Positions 19,146-28,659 of a stretch of DNA of 64,000 nucleotides are shown in pieces. Where the stretch lies: positions 2,997 through 66,996 of the forward strand of contig CAMORO010000004.1 in the NCBI GenBank assembly GCA_946623875.1, written 5' to 3'. The notes beneath the pieces are model-generated. The model ran no database searches. It was not told the DNA's origin and saw nothing but the letters and a program-made list of their open reading frames with translations. Position numbers and translations under genes: made by a program. This DNA comes from an uncultured Lachnospiraceae bacterium. GTDB lineage: Bacteria > Bacillota > Clostridia > Lachnospirales > Lachnospiraceae. Each line of letters begins with the position of its first letter. Position 1 is the stretch's first letter.

Positions 19146-21239
19146 ATGTTGGTTAATCAGATTAATCTTACTTCCGAGTTGAGCATACCCAAAGGGAATT
19201 TCGATTTTATCATTGAGGCTACTCACAACGAGCAACTTTATCTTGGATGCCTGAATGCCGAGAAGGAACTCATGATGAATTATGATGAGTGCCTTATTAA
19301 TCTAAGAAAAGCGCTGGAGATGCTCGGAATTGAGCTGGAGAAGTGGTACAGGGCCGAGAAGAACGGCGGTTCTTCCGCTGATGCACTCCGCTCTATCTTT
19401 ATTGATCTCAAGAAGTCGAAGAGTCACGGCGATGAGCGCAAGGAGAGGAGAAGTGTATCAAAGAAGAATTTCTATATAAGACATGTTGTCGATTTCGAGA
19501 AAAAGGATCACGAGGACTTCACAAAGCAGAATATCAAGGAATTCATAGAGGATTATGTCTCCTGTTATCCGTACGAATACCCGGATGAAAAAAAGCGTAT
19601 AAACAGTCTTAAATCGATCGCATACGATCTGTACAACCGTTGCTCAAGACCTCTTAAAGAGAAAGGCAGCGGTACAAAAACCGACTGTGTAAATCTGGTC
19701 AGGCTGTTCCACAGATTATTGTGCATGCTCAACTATGTGCAGGAGCCGTATGACTTTGATCTTACTCCCATGGGTGACTACTATCCCATTCCTTTTGAAT
19801 GCTACGATCAGCTTTCTTTTGTGCGCGGAAACAACATGAAGATGTATGTATCCGAGGACGGCGGAAGTTACTATATGTTCAAACGCAAGGATACAGAATA
19901 TCTCGAAATACTTGATCAGGTTGTATATAAGGACAGGCTTGCCGCGCTGGAGCGGATGGATGGTGAGTGGAAGATACTTGATACTGTTACAGGATACGGA
20001 GATCATGCGGTATCCGAAATTGGTACCCGTGATTACAGACGAAGAGTATATCCCTTCATGGGACGCCCGCGGGCGCTGACACATTCATTTTTGAAAAAGC
20101 TTGCCCATGAAGGCCTGAGGGAGGAAGCGGTACGTTCCATACTGCGGCTTTTTGCGGCATTGCACAGGGCGCAGTCTACAATAGCACATACAAGACTTAC
20201 GCCTGAATGTATCTATATCTGCATGAACAGCGGTATTCCGATGCCTTATGTTGTTGATTTCGAAAATGAGAGAGTGCTTAATTCAAATAACGGAATCCTG
20301 TCAAAGGGGATGCTGGATGATTATTTCGATTCCATGGATCTTCAGAAGTTCCTTGCTCCCGAAGTCAGGAACAGTCCTTCTTTAAGACCGTGGAACACGG
20401 AAGCGGCTGATGTATATTCACTTGGTAAGATAATCAGGTATATTTACGAAGAAGACGAGAAGAAGGTTGCGTCATATGTAGAGAAGCTCACTGTAAAGGA
20501 TCCGGATGAGAGGCCGGGTGTGTTCGAGGCCGCAAGAACTTTTTCGGATGAGGTTGTTTCCTTTGAGCCTACGGTCACTATCGGATTGGATATCCTGATC
20601 GATTTAAGGCTTCTTGTATTCTCCATGTTTAAAGGTTTTGAAGATTACTATATCAATGATTCGATCACCATAGGCAGGATGTACAGTTCGAACGGATCGG
20701 ATATCAAGCTGGATTCGCCGATAGCTTCCAGAACACACGGAAGGTTCTTAAAAACCGATCACGGTTTTGAGTATATAGATATGCTGAGTACCAACGGAAC
20801 CTTTATCAATGGAATCCTCTACGGGGCACAGAGAAACGGCCGGACGGATCCCAAGCCTCTTAAGGCCGGGGATATCCTTAAGATAGATCATCCGGAGTTC
20901 AAGAAGCCTCACAGGAATGCAATTTATATGTTTGTCCTAAATCCTTCCGATCATGAGATGAGCCAGCATGAGATCGAGATATATGAAGGGATGGATATTC
21001 TTATCGGAAGAGACAGGGGAGATATATGTCTTACCAATAACAGGGTAAGTAAAAGGCATGGAAGATTTGTCGTTAAAAAGGGCGTGCTCTTTATCCAGGA
21101 TCTGAACAGTACCAACGGTATTTTCCTGAACGGGAAGAGAGTAAATAAACCAACGGCACTGAAAGAAACGGACTGTGTCAGGATAGAGGATTACATATTT
21201 ATATATGTTGAGGGAAAGATATATTATTATTCGGAATAA
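19146..21239 (+). CDS. Multidomain signalling protein: helical N-domain (DUF4145-like), degenerate protein-kinase fold, and two FHA domains
   Basis: Start ATG 19146 (GGAG at 19136-19139). The listed 19119 TTG lies inside the upstream hairpin. Kinase C-lobe motifs are present (FLAPEV, DVYSLGKII, DPDERP), but the catalytic loop reads HTRLTPEC instead of HRDLKPxN, and DFG is DFE. FHA1: ITIGR..ASRTHGRF....STNGTFING. FHA2: ILIGR..VSKRHGRF....STNGIFLNG. Confidence 0.75.
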   Translation: MLVNQINLTSELSIPKGNFDFIIEATHNEQLYLGCLNAEKELMMNYDECLINLRKALEMLGIELEKWYRAEKNGGSSADALRSIFIDLKKSKSHGDERKERRSVSKKNFYIRHVVDFEKKDHEDFTKQNIKEFIEDYVSCYPYEYPDEKKRINSLKSIAYDLYNRCSRPLKEKGSGTKTDCVNLVRLFHRLLCMLNYVQEPYDFDLTPMGDYYPIPFECYDQLSFVRGNNMKMYVSEDGGSYYMFKRKDTEYLEILDQVVYKDRLAALERMDGEWKILDTVTGYGDHAVSEIGTRDYRRRVYPFMGRPRALTHSFLKKLAHEGLREEAVRSILRLFAALHRAQSTIAHTRLTPECIYICMNSGIPMPYVVDFENERVLNSNNGILSKGMLDDYFDSMDLQKFLAPEVRNSPSLRPWNTEAADVYSLGKIIRYIYEEDEKKVASYVEKLTVKDPDERPGVFEAARTFSDEVVSFEPTVTIGLDILIDLRLLVFSMFKGFEDYYINDSITIGRMYSSNGSDIKLDSPIASRTHGRFLKTDHGFEYIDMLSTNGTFINGILYGAQRNGRTDPKPLKAGDILKIDHPEFKKPHRNAIYMFVLNPSDHEMSQHEIEIYEGMDILIGRDRGDICLTNNRVSKRHGRFVVKKGVLFIQDLNSTNGIFLNGKRVNKPTALKETDCVRIEDYIFIYVEGKIYYYSE

Positions 21240-21264
21240 AATACTTTTCAGTAAGCCGGAAGTA

Positions 21265-21273
21265 TGTTACAAT
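21265..21273 (+). promoter_or_regulatory. Extended -10 (TGtTACAAT) upstream of comEA
   Basis: tgttacaat read directly. It overlaps the listed ATG 21264, which argues for the downstream TTG start. Confidence 0.35.
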
Positions 21274-21308
21274 GTTTGATGCATAAGGGCCTGCACAGGG
21301 AGGCTGTA

Positions 21309-22031
21309 TTGAAATTAAACATATTTGGGATTACAAAGGTGATCATCCTTTCTTCTGCTCTGTTTCTCGCGGGGGGTTGCGCATGGGACGGGGCAGTCGG
21401 TTTTGACGAACAAGAGATTATTCTTTCCGAACAACAATTGAATATTGATAACGAAGAGGGCATGAAAGCTGTGCCTGAGTGTGCTGAAGGTGTTTCCGAC
21501 CGGGGGGTATACCCGGATGAAGCGAATGCCGTAACCGCAGCCGCAGTAACAGATACAAAGGTTCATACTACGGTGACAGTGTATGTCTGCGGTGCAGTCG
21601 TATGTCCCGGCGTATATACGCTTGAAGAGGGAGCCAGAATAGTAGATGCCGTTAAAATGGCGGGAGGCATGGATGCCGGGGCTGACAATAATTATGTAAA
21701 CCAGGCAATGCCGCTGACTGACGGTCAGAAGATTTATATTCCTTTAAAAAGTGAGACTGAAGGGATGGCATTTGCTCAGGAAGCGGAGAGCGGGATGTAC
21801 GGTGATGCCGACAGATCCGTCAGCGCTGATGGAACTACATCAGGGATCAGCTTAAACAGGGCAACTGAAGAAGAGCTTATGACTCTTCCGGGTATCGGAC
21901 GGGCCAAGGCTGCTCTGATTATAGAATACAGGGAGCAAAACGGAGGGTTTGCAGCGATCGAGGATATCATGAAGATAAGCGGTATCAAGGAAGGGATGTT
22001 TAATAAAATAAAAGACAAGATCACCATTTGA
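21309..22031 (+). CDS. comEA: ComEA-type DNA receptor (SLBB plus helix-hairpin-helix)
   Basis: SLBB (VYVCGAVVCPGVYTLEEGARIVDAVKMAGG) and a C-terminal HhH (LNRATEEELMTLPGIGRAKAALIIEYREQNGGF). TTG 21309 lies 5 nt after GGAGG and gives the signal-anchor MKLNIFGITKVIILSSALFLAGGC. Confidence 0.8.
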   Translation: MKLNIFGITKVIILSSALFLAGGCAWDGAVGFDEQEIILSEQQLNIDNEEGMKAVPECAEGVSDRGVYPDEANAVTAAAVTDTKVHTTVTVYVCGAVVCPGVYTLEEGARIVDAVKMAGGMDAGADNNYVNQAMPLTDGQKIYIPLKSETEGMAFAQEAESGMYGDADRSVSADGTTSGISLNRATEEELMTLPGIGRAKAALIIEYREQNGGFAAIEDIMKISGIKEGMFNKIKDKITI

Positions 22032-22046
22032 TCATGAGGAGGGTAT

Positions 22047-22745
22047 ATGAAGGTTCTGGTTGTTGATGATGAAAAGGTAATAGTTAAGGGGATAGTGTTC
22101 GGTATTCAGAATGATGAGACCGAGGTGGATACTGCTTACGACGGGGAGGAGGCACTTGCCAGGATAAGGGAGAACGATTACGATATTATCCTTTTAGATG
22201 TTATGCTCCCCAAGCTTGACGGTTTTGAGGTGTGCAGAAGGGTCCGGGAATTCTCGCAGGTTCCGATAATAATGCTCACGGCAATGGGTGATGACGAGGA
22301 TAAGATATCGGGACTTAACTACGGCGCAGATGATTATGTGCTCAAGCCGTTCAATATTAATGAGGTAAAGGCCAGAATGGAGGCCATCCTTCGAAGGACA
22401 GGGGCGCAGCAAAGCCGGAAGTCTGCCGGTAAAGCCGAGGATGACAGTATTATCAACATAAGTGACATGCGGCTTGAATGTAATAACAAGAGAGTATATA
22501 TAAACAATAAAGAGGTTAACATAACTGTCAAGGAGTTTGAAGTGCTCGAGTTGCTTGCCAGGAATCCGGGCAAGGTTTACAGCAGGGAGAAGCTGCTCGA
22601 ACTCATTTGGGGACTTGATTATCCGGGCGGTTCAAGGACAGTGGATGTTCATGTCAGAAGGCTCAGGGAGAAAATAGAGGAGCATCCCGCAGAACCCAGG
22701 TATGTTCAGACGAAATGGGGTGTAGGCTATTATTTTGGCGGTTAG
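22047..22745 (+). CDS. OmpR/PhoB-family response regulator
   Basis: Receiver domain (VLVVDDE..LLDVMLPKLDG..TAMG..KPF) plus a winged-helix C-terminus (VDVHVRRLREKIE). Confidence 0.9.
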   Translation: MKVLVVDDEKVIVKGIVFGIQNDETEVDTAYDGEEALARIRENDYDIILLDVMLPKLDGFEVCRRVREFSQVPIIMLTAMGDDEDKISGLNYGADDYVLKPFNINEVKARMEAILRRTGAQQSRKSAGKAEDDSIINISDMRLECNNKRVYINNKEVNITVKEFEVLELLARNPGKVYSREKLLELIWGLDYPGGSRTVDVHVRRLREKIEEHPAEPRYVQTKWGVGYYFGG

Positions 22746-24225
22746 GGAGAAGCTGTCAAGACTTTGGATATTTAAAAGTCTTGGCGTACGTATATTCATA
22801 ATAATATGTGTGGTAGGGATACTTCCGGGTTTTATTTTACGCTTTATTCTTCTCAACAGCTATGAAACCAGGGCTATTTCCGTCAGGAAGACGGAGATAC
22901 AGAACCAGTGTACGATACTGGCAGATCATCTGCTCACTTACGGGTATTTAAGTGACCAGTCATCCGATGTGGTAAATGCGGAGCTGGAGCAGTTCTCATC
23001 CCTTTATGACGGACGCATAATGATCATCGATGATGATCTGAGGATCATAAAGGATACATATTCGATCAGTCAGGGGAAGATCATGATTTCCGAGGAAATC
23101 CTCAAATGCTTTGATAAGGTCTCCCTGGCCAAGCATGACAAGATAAACCAGTATATAGAGTTCACAACACCGATAACGGATAAGGGAACGGGCAGTGTGG
23201 TCGGGGTGATTCTGACCAGCGTGTCAACTGACCGTATCGCCGAAACGATAAGGATCATGGGTAAAAAGGCTACCATATTCGAAGTGATAGTCGGTGTGAT
23301 AACTCTGTGCTTTTCCGTTTTCGTTTCTGCTGATCTGATCAGGCCGTTTAGGGACATAAATACAGCGATCATACAGGTCGAGGAGGGCTTTACCGAAGAG
23401 AAGATATCGGTACCCGTCTATAATGAGACAGAAGCCATCGCGGCATCTTTCAATAAGCTCATGGACAAGATGAACACGCTTGAGAATTCAAGGCAGGAAT
23501 TCGTGTCCAATGTCTCCCACGAACTGAAAACACCTATAACATCAGTAAAAGTGTTGGCGGATTCTCTGCTCGCACAAGAGAATGTACCTGTTGAGATATA
23601 TCGTGAGTTCATGGAGGATATTACAAAGGAGATAGACAGGGAGGATAAGATAATAAATGACCTTTTGTCCCTGGTCAAGCTTGACAGGTCAGCTGATGAT
23701 CTTATGAACATAAGCGTGGTCGATATCAATTCAATGGTTGAGGATATTCTTAAACGTGTGCGTCCGATAGCAGACAGGGCCAAGGTTGAGCTGATACTGG
23801 AAAGCATCAGGCCTGTAAGTGCCGAAATAGATGAGATCAAGCTTTCACTTGCCATCATGAATGTTATAGAGAATGCTGTAAAGTATAATAAGGAAAACGG
23901 CTGGGTAAAGGTAAGCGTGGATGCGGATCATCAGTTCTTTACCGTTGTGGTCGCCGATTCGGGTATGGGAATACCGGAGGATGCGCAGGCACACATATTT
24001 GAACGCTTCTACAGGGTGGATAAATCACACTCCAGGGAGATAGGAGGTACCGGACTTGGTCTTGCCATTGCAAGAAATGCGATCCTTATGCATGAGGGGG
24101 CGATCAGGGTAGAGAGCTCCGAAGGAGTGGGAACCACCTTTACCATAAAGATACCGAAGACACATACCGTAACAGGTAAACAACAGGAAGCAAGAACGGA
24201 AGATGACAGTAAAGAAAAAGCATGA
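22735..24225 (+). CDS. Sensor histidine kinase (2 TM, extracytoplasmic loop, HAMP-like, HisKA, HATPase)
   Basis: H-box SHELKTPITS, N box NAVKYNKENG, and G boxes DSGMGIP and GGTGLGLAI. TTG start overlaps the regulator stop. Confidence 0.88.
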   Translation: MAVREKLSRLWIFKSLGVRIFIIICVVGILPGFILRFILLNSYETRAISVRKTEIQNQCTILADHLLTYGYLSDQSSDVVNAELEQFSSLYDGRIMIIDDDLRIIKDTYSISQGKIMISEEILKCFDKVSLAKHDKINQYIEFTTPITDKGTGSVVGVILTSVSTDRIAETIRIMGKKATIFEVIVGVITLCFSVFVSADLIRPFRDINTAIIQVEEGFTEEKISVPVYNETEAIAASFNKLMDKMNTLENSRQEFVSNVSHELKTPITSVKVLADSLLAQENVPVEIYREFMEDITKEIDREDKIINDLLSLVKLDRSADDLMNISVVDINSMVEDILKRVRPIADRAKVELILESIRPVSAEIDEIKLSLAIMNVIENAVKYNKENGWVKVSVDADHQFFTVVVADSGMGIPEDAQAHIFERFYRVDKSHSREIGGTGLGLAIARNAILMHEGAIRVESSEGVGTTFTIKIPKTHTVTGKQQEARTEDDSKEKA

Positions 24226-25156
24226 GAACTTAATATGGTCATATTTGCCACCGGCTGTTCTTACAGCGGCAGTTGTTTCCGTATTCCTGCTTGCCGGCTG
24301 TAAAAAGCAGACATATGATGATGCCGGCTTCAGGCTTTATTATCCCGATAAGGATAATGTAAAGGTGGCATCTGTCGGATACGAAACAAAAGGAGAGGAT
24401 GCCCTGGCGCTTGTCAATGAAGTTCTTGATAAACTGAGACAGCAGCCTGCGGATTTCGATCTGCGACCGGCAATCCCGGAAGATATCCCGGTGAGATCGG
24501 TCGGTCTTAATGACGGACTGCTGGTCATAGATTTCGGCACCGAGTATTTAAGAACGGAAGGAAGGGAAGAAATCTTAAGAAGAGCAGCTCTGGTAAGGAC
24601 ACTTGACCAGATAGACGGGGTCGATGAGATAATGTTCACCGTTGACGAAACGGCACTTACCGATACCAAGGGTAATCCGGTAGGGATGATGACTGCGGAT
24701 ATGTTCATAGACAATGCGGGTAATGAGATCAATGCATATGAAAGGACCAGGCTTGTCCTTTATTATGCGGATGAAGCCGGTACAGGACTTGTTAAAACCA
24801 CGGAAGCGGTTGCTTACAATTCCAATATTTCGATGGAGAAGCTTGTAAGTGAGCATCTTATACAGGGTCCGCTGTCCAACGGGGTATATCCGGTTGCAGA
24901 TCCGCTCGTGCATATAATTTCAGTGACCACGAAGGATGGAATATGTTATGTCAACCTAAGCAAGGAATTTCTGGTCAAGCAGGGTAAGCTTACCGATGAA
25001 GTGGCTCTTTATGCCTTTGTGAACTCTCTTACCGAACTTCCCAATATTAACAAGGTTCAGTTCATGATAGATTCGGAGACCGAGATTTCTTTCGGTGATC
25101 ACAGCTATCTTAACGAACCCTTTGAGAGGAACCTGGAGATCGTGGATGGAAAATAG
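24203..25156 (+). CDS. GerMN-domain lipoprotein
   Basis: Lipobox LLAGC. Two GerMN-like beta-rich modules (RLYYPD..., LVLYYADEAG...). Overlaps the kinase gene by 23 nt. Confidence 0.7.
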   Translation: MTVKKKHENLIWSYLPPAVLTAAVVSVFLLAGCKKQTYDDAGFRLYYPDKDNVKVASVGYETKGEDALALVNEVLDKLRQQPADFDLRPAIPEDIPVRSVGLNDGLLVIDFGTEYLRTEGREEILRRAALVRTLDQIDGVDEIMFTVDETALTDTKGNPVGMMTADMFIDNAGNEINAYERTRLVLYYADEAGTGLVKTTEAVAYNSNISMEKLVSEHLIQGPLSNGVYPVADPLVHIISVTTKDGICYVNLSKEFLVKQGKLTDEVALYAFVNSLTELPNINKVQFMIDSETEISFGDHSYLNEPFERNLEIVDGK

Positions 25157-25165
25157 GAGGAACAA

Positions 25166-27553
25166 TTGTATATAAGAAGACCGTTGTGTGCCTTCAGCCT
25201 GCTGTTTGCGCTGATCCTGGCGGCAATAATGTCAATAAACGGCAGTATTGGGACGAAGGAAGCCGATACAAAGCGGATCGAAGGAAGGGTTATCACTGTT
25301 GAGGGAATCATCAGAAGAATTGAAGTTAAGAATAATAAAACCGTAGTACATATTAAAAACACATCAAAAACCAATGATCTGTTATCCAAATACATTCTGA
25401 TATATTTCTCCGAAGATCATGAAATAAACAGACAACTGCATATGGGCCAGAATATTTCCGTGCGCGGACGCTTTGAGAAATGGGACAGGGCATATAACAG
25501 AGGGCAGTTTGACATGCGGGCATATTATACGCTTAAGCATTACGGAGGTGTGCTGTATGATCCGGATGTTATAGGGAGATCGGCTTCATATAACCGACTG
25601 ACTGACAATCTGTACAGGATAAAATGCCGTACCATGCTTGTGTACGGTAAGTATATTGACGAGCGGTACAGCGGGATAGTAAAGGCATTGGTACTGGCCG
25701 AAAGAGGTGACATTGACAGGGAGCTTAAGGAACAGTTTAAGAATGCCGGAATTTCACATATTCTGGCATTGTCGGGACTGCATATCGTTACAATGGGTTT
25801 CATGCTCTATAAGCTTATAAGACGGCTGGGTGGCTCTGATATAACGGCGGTCCCGGTATCTGCCGTGATAATAGTCCTGTATTGTATTATGACCGGAATG
25901 CAGACATCCGCAGTCCGTGCCCTTATAATGTACCTGCTGTCAATGGCTGCGCCGGTTGTCGGAAGAACCCCGGATATAAGGACGTCGGCTGCCATTGCTG
26001 CGGTTATAATGCTTGTGATAAATCCGGATTATCTGTATGATGCGGCTTTTCTTTTATCATTCTCTTCCGTACTGGGTATCGGTCTTGTATATCCTTCCGT
26101 AAGGAGCATTGTAATGTGTCTTCTTAATAAGGACAGGATAATGCAGCTTAACAGGAGTGATAAAAGAACGATCCGCATGGTTATGGCTGTTCTGCGCTCA
26201 CTTCTTTTCTCGGCATCGATACAGCTTGCGACCATGCCTGTCACCATGTGGTTTTACTATCAGATCCCGACTTACGGGATATTCGTCAATATCCTCGTCA
26301 TCCCTCTGACCGGAGTACTTCTTTTGGGAAGTGTTGCAACCGGAGTATCCGGTTACGCCGCTCTCTGTTATCACCACGGCATTTCCTGCGTGTTTGAGCT
26401 GATCACAAAGCTATGCGCTTATATTACTTCATTGATACTTAAGCTTTACGATCTGGTAACGTCCGGAGTGTGCAGGCTTCCGGGCGGACTTATGATCACC
26501 GGAAGACCGAAGCTGTGGCAGATATTTATATATTATGCGGTGCTTATAACGGTAACTGCGGGAGGATATATACTTGCCGGTAAGGAAAGAAGGCATGTCA
26601 GGGAGGCAGGGAAAAAAGGTGTCGTAATAAGGGGCAGTCACGGAAGGCAGGCAGGAGCAGTGACCGTTAATGCCGCATTCCTTACTGTACTCTGTGCCGC
26701 AGCAACTGTGATCCTGTTTGCAAGAACAGAATCCGGATTCGAATTGTCCTCTCTCTATGTCGGTCAGGGTCAGTGCTTTGTCATGCACGGGAGGGATATT
26801 CCAACGATCATGTACGATTGCGGCAGCACGGACATTAAGGAGGCAGCAGGATATAACGTAATTCCATATCTTAAGTTCTGCGGTCTTGACAGAATTGATA
26901 CGGTGTTTATATCACATCTTGATACGGATCACGTAAGCGGGCTTATGGAAATGCTTGATTCAAAACTTCCGGGGATCTCTGTTGGAAGGATAGTCATACC
27001 GGACGGTGAAGAGCAGAGGGCATCGGATAATTACAGGTTACTCACGGAAGCGGCCGCAGACAGAGGAGTACCGGTATACAGGATGAAAAAGGGTGATACC
27101 GTCAGATGGAAACATCTGACTGCGGAATGTCTGTCTCCGGATGACAGTGGTAGGTATGAGGATATTAATGATGCATCTTTGGTTCTGGGAATTGATTACA
27201 AGGGATGCTTCAGGGCGCTGTACACGGGGGATATAGGCTCAGATACAGAGGACAGAATACTGGAAACGGGTCTGTTAAGCTATGACTGGGTCCAGATCCC
27301 GCATCATGGATCGAGAAACGGGGCAAACGAGAGATTTATTAAGAGTGCAGTCGGGAATATGGCGGTCATTTCGGCCGGGAGAAATAATCAATACGGGCAT
27401 CCGCATAAGGAGACACTCGAGATGCTTAACCGAAATTCCGGCATTCATACATATATTACCTCGCAATGCGGAGAAACGGATATTAAGATAGAACGCAGAG
27501 GCGACAGTGTAAAAGGTTTTGTAAGTACGTTCCTTGATCAGAATGTCTTATAG
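25166..27553 (+). CDS. comEC: DNA internalisation competence protein ComEC/Rec2
   Basis: Polytopic competence domain (GISHILALSGLHI) and a C-terminal metallo-beta-lactamase domain (ISHLDTDHVSG ... IPHHGS). TTG start 5 nt after AGGAGG. Confidence 0.9.
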   Translation: MYIRRPLCAFSLLFALILAAIMSINGSIGTKEADTKRIEGRVITVEGIIRRIEVKNNKTVVHIKNTSKTNDLLSKYILIYFSEDHEINRQLHMGQNISVRGRFEKWDRAYNRGQFDMRAYYTLKHYGGVLYDPDVIGRSASYNRLTDNLYRIKCRTMLVYGKYIDERYSGIVKALVLAERGDIDRELKEQFKNAGISHILALSGLHIVTMGFMLYKLIRRLGGSDITAVPVSAVIIVLYCIMTGMQTSAVRALIMYLLSMAAPVVGRTPDIRTSAAIAAVIMLVINPDYLYDAAFLLSFSSVLGIGLVYPSVRSIVMCLLNKDRIMQLNRSDKRTIRMVMAVLRSLLFSASIQLATMPVTMWFYYQIPTYGIFVNILVIPLTGVLLLGSVATGVSGYAALCYHHGISCVFELITKLCAYITSLILKLYDLVTSGVCRLPGGLMITGRPKLWQIFIYYAVLITVTAGGYILAGKERRHVREAGKKGVVIRGSHGRQAGAVTVNAAFLTVLCAAATVILFARTESGFELSSLYVGQGQCFVMHGRDIPTIMYDCGSTDIKEAAGYNVIPYLKFCGLDRIDTVFISHLDTDHVSGLMEMLDSKLPGISVGRIVIPDGEEQRASDNYRLLTEAAADRGVPVYRMKKGDTVRWKHLTAECLSPDDSGRYEDINDASLVLGIDYKGCFRALYTGDIGSDTEDRILETGLLSYDWVQIPHHGSRNGANERFIKSAVGNMAVISAGRNNQYGHPHKETLEMLNRNSGIHTYITSQCGETDIKIERRGDSVKGFVSTFLDQNVL

Positions 27554-27591
27554 CCTGATGTGAGAAAAAAACCCCACGAAGGGCAGGTCTG

Positions 27592-27600
27592 TGGTATAAT
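27592..27600 (+). promoter_or_regulatory. Extended -10 (TGgTATAAT) ending 6 nt before the holA ATG
   Basis: tggtataat at 27592-27600 and ATG at 27607. No Shine-Dalgarno sequence in between. Confidence 0.4.
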
Positions 27601-27606
27601 GTCTGC

Positions 27607-28632
27607 ATGAAAAGCATAGATGAGGATATTAAGAACGGAAAGTTTAAGAATATATACTTCCTGATCGGAGTTGAACGCTATCTGATAAGACAGTACCGTA
27701 ATAAGCTTGTGAAGGCTATGGTCGGTGAGGACGACGGGATAAATTACAGGATGTATTCGGCGCAGATACCGGATATGAACGAACTGATCGGATTTCTTGA
27801 TACGGTCCCTTTTTTCGCCGAAAGAAGGGTGGCGGTAATTGAGGATACAGGTATATTCAAGTCAAATGACAATACACTTGCCGAATATCTGCCCGGTCTG
27901 CCGGACACGTCCCATATCATATTCGTTGAAGCATACCGCGGTGCCAATGACAGGAGCAGCGAGAAGAAATATGAGCAGACTCTTGTGGATAAACGTTACA
28001 AGCTGTACAAAGCGGTACAGAAACAGGGACGCATCATCGAATTTGCACGTATGTCCAGAGGGGTTCTTAATAAATGGCTTGTTAAACGCTTTGCGGATGC
28101 GGATCTTAATATAACCCGAAATGCTTTGGAATGCCTGTATGACTATGTGGGTGAGGATATGAGTATGCTTTACAACGAATCCGAGAAGCTCATATGTTAC
28201 AGACTGGGACATAAATCCATTGATATTGATGATGTAAAGGCGATCTGTACCAGAAATATTGCCAATGATGTATTTGAGATGGTGAGAGCCATTGCAGCTA
28301 AGAATAAACGAAAAGCACTCGGGCTTTATTATGACCTTCTTGAGCTCAGGGAAAGACCCATGGGGATCCTTTTTATGATATCAAGGGAATTCAAGCTTCT
28401 TTTGCAGATTAAGATGCTTAAGAATGAAGGAGCCGGCCGGGAAAAGATGAAGCAGATTACAGGGCTGCCCGGGTTTGCCGTTGACAGGTATCTGGGGATC
28501 TGCGCCGGGCTGGGTCCGGAATACATAAGGGAAGCACTTTGTTCCTGTGCCGATACCGAAGCACTGTTCAAACAGGGCAGGCTTAATGATGTTATGGGTG
28601 TGGAAATGCTCATAGTTAAATATTCGACTTAA
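27607..28632 (+). CDS. holA: DNA polymerase III delta subunit
   Basis: The length, the N-terminal YFLIGVERYLI motif region and the position directly after comEC (as in Bacillus) all fit. Confidence 0.8.
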   Translation: MKSIDEDIKNGKFKNIYFLIGVERYLIRQYRNKLVKAMVGEDDGINYRMYSAQIPDMNELIGFLDTVPFFAERRVAVIEDTGIFKSNDNTLAEYLPGLPDTSHIIFVEAYRGANDRSSEKKYEQTLVDKRYKLYKAVQKQGRIIEFARMSRGVLNKWLVKRFADADLNITRNALECLYDYVGEDMSMLYNESEKLICYRLGHKSIDIDDVKAICTRNIANDVFEMVRAIAAKNKRKALGLYYDLLELRERPMGILFMISREFKLLLQIKMLKNEGAGREKMKQITGLPGFAVDRYLGICAGLGPEYIREALCSCADTEALFKQGRLNDVMGVEMLIVKYST

Positions 28633-28659
28633 ATAAGGATGCGATCAGGAGGAAGCATT

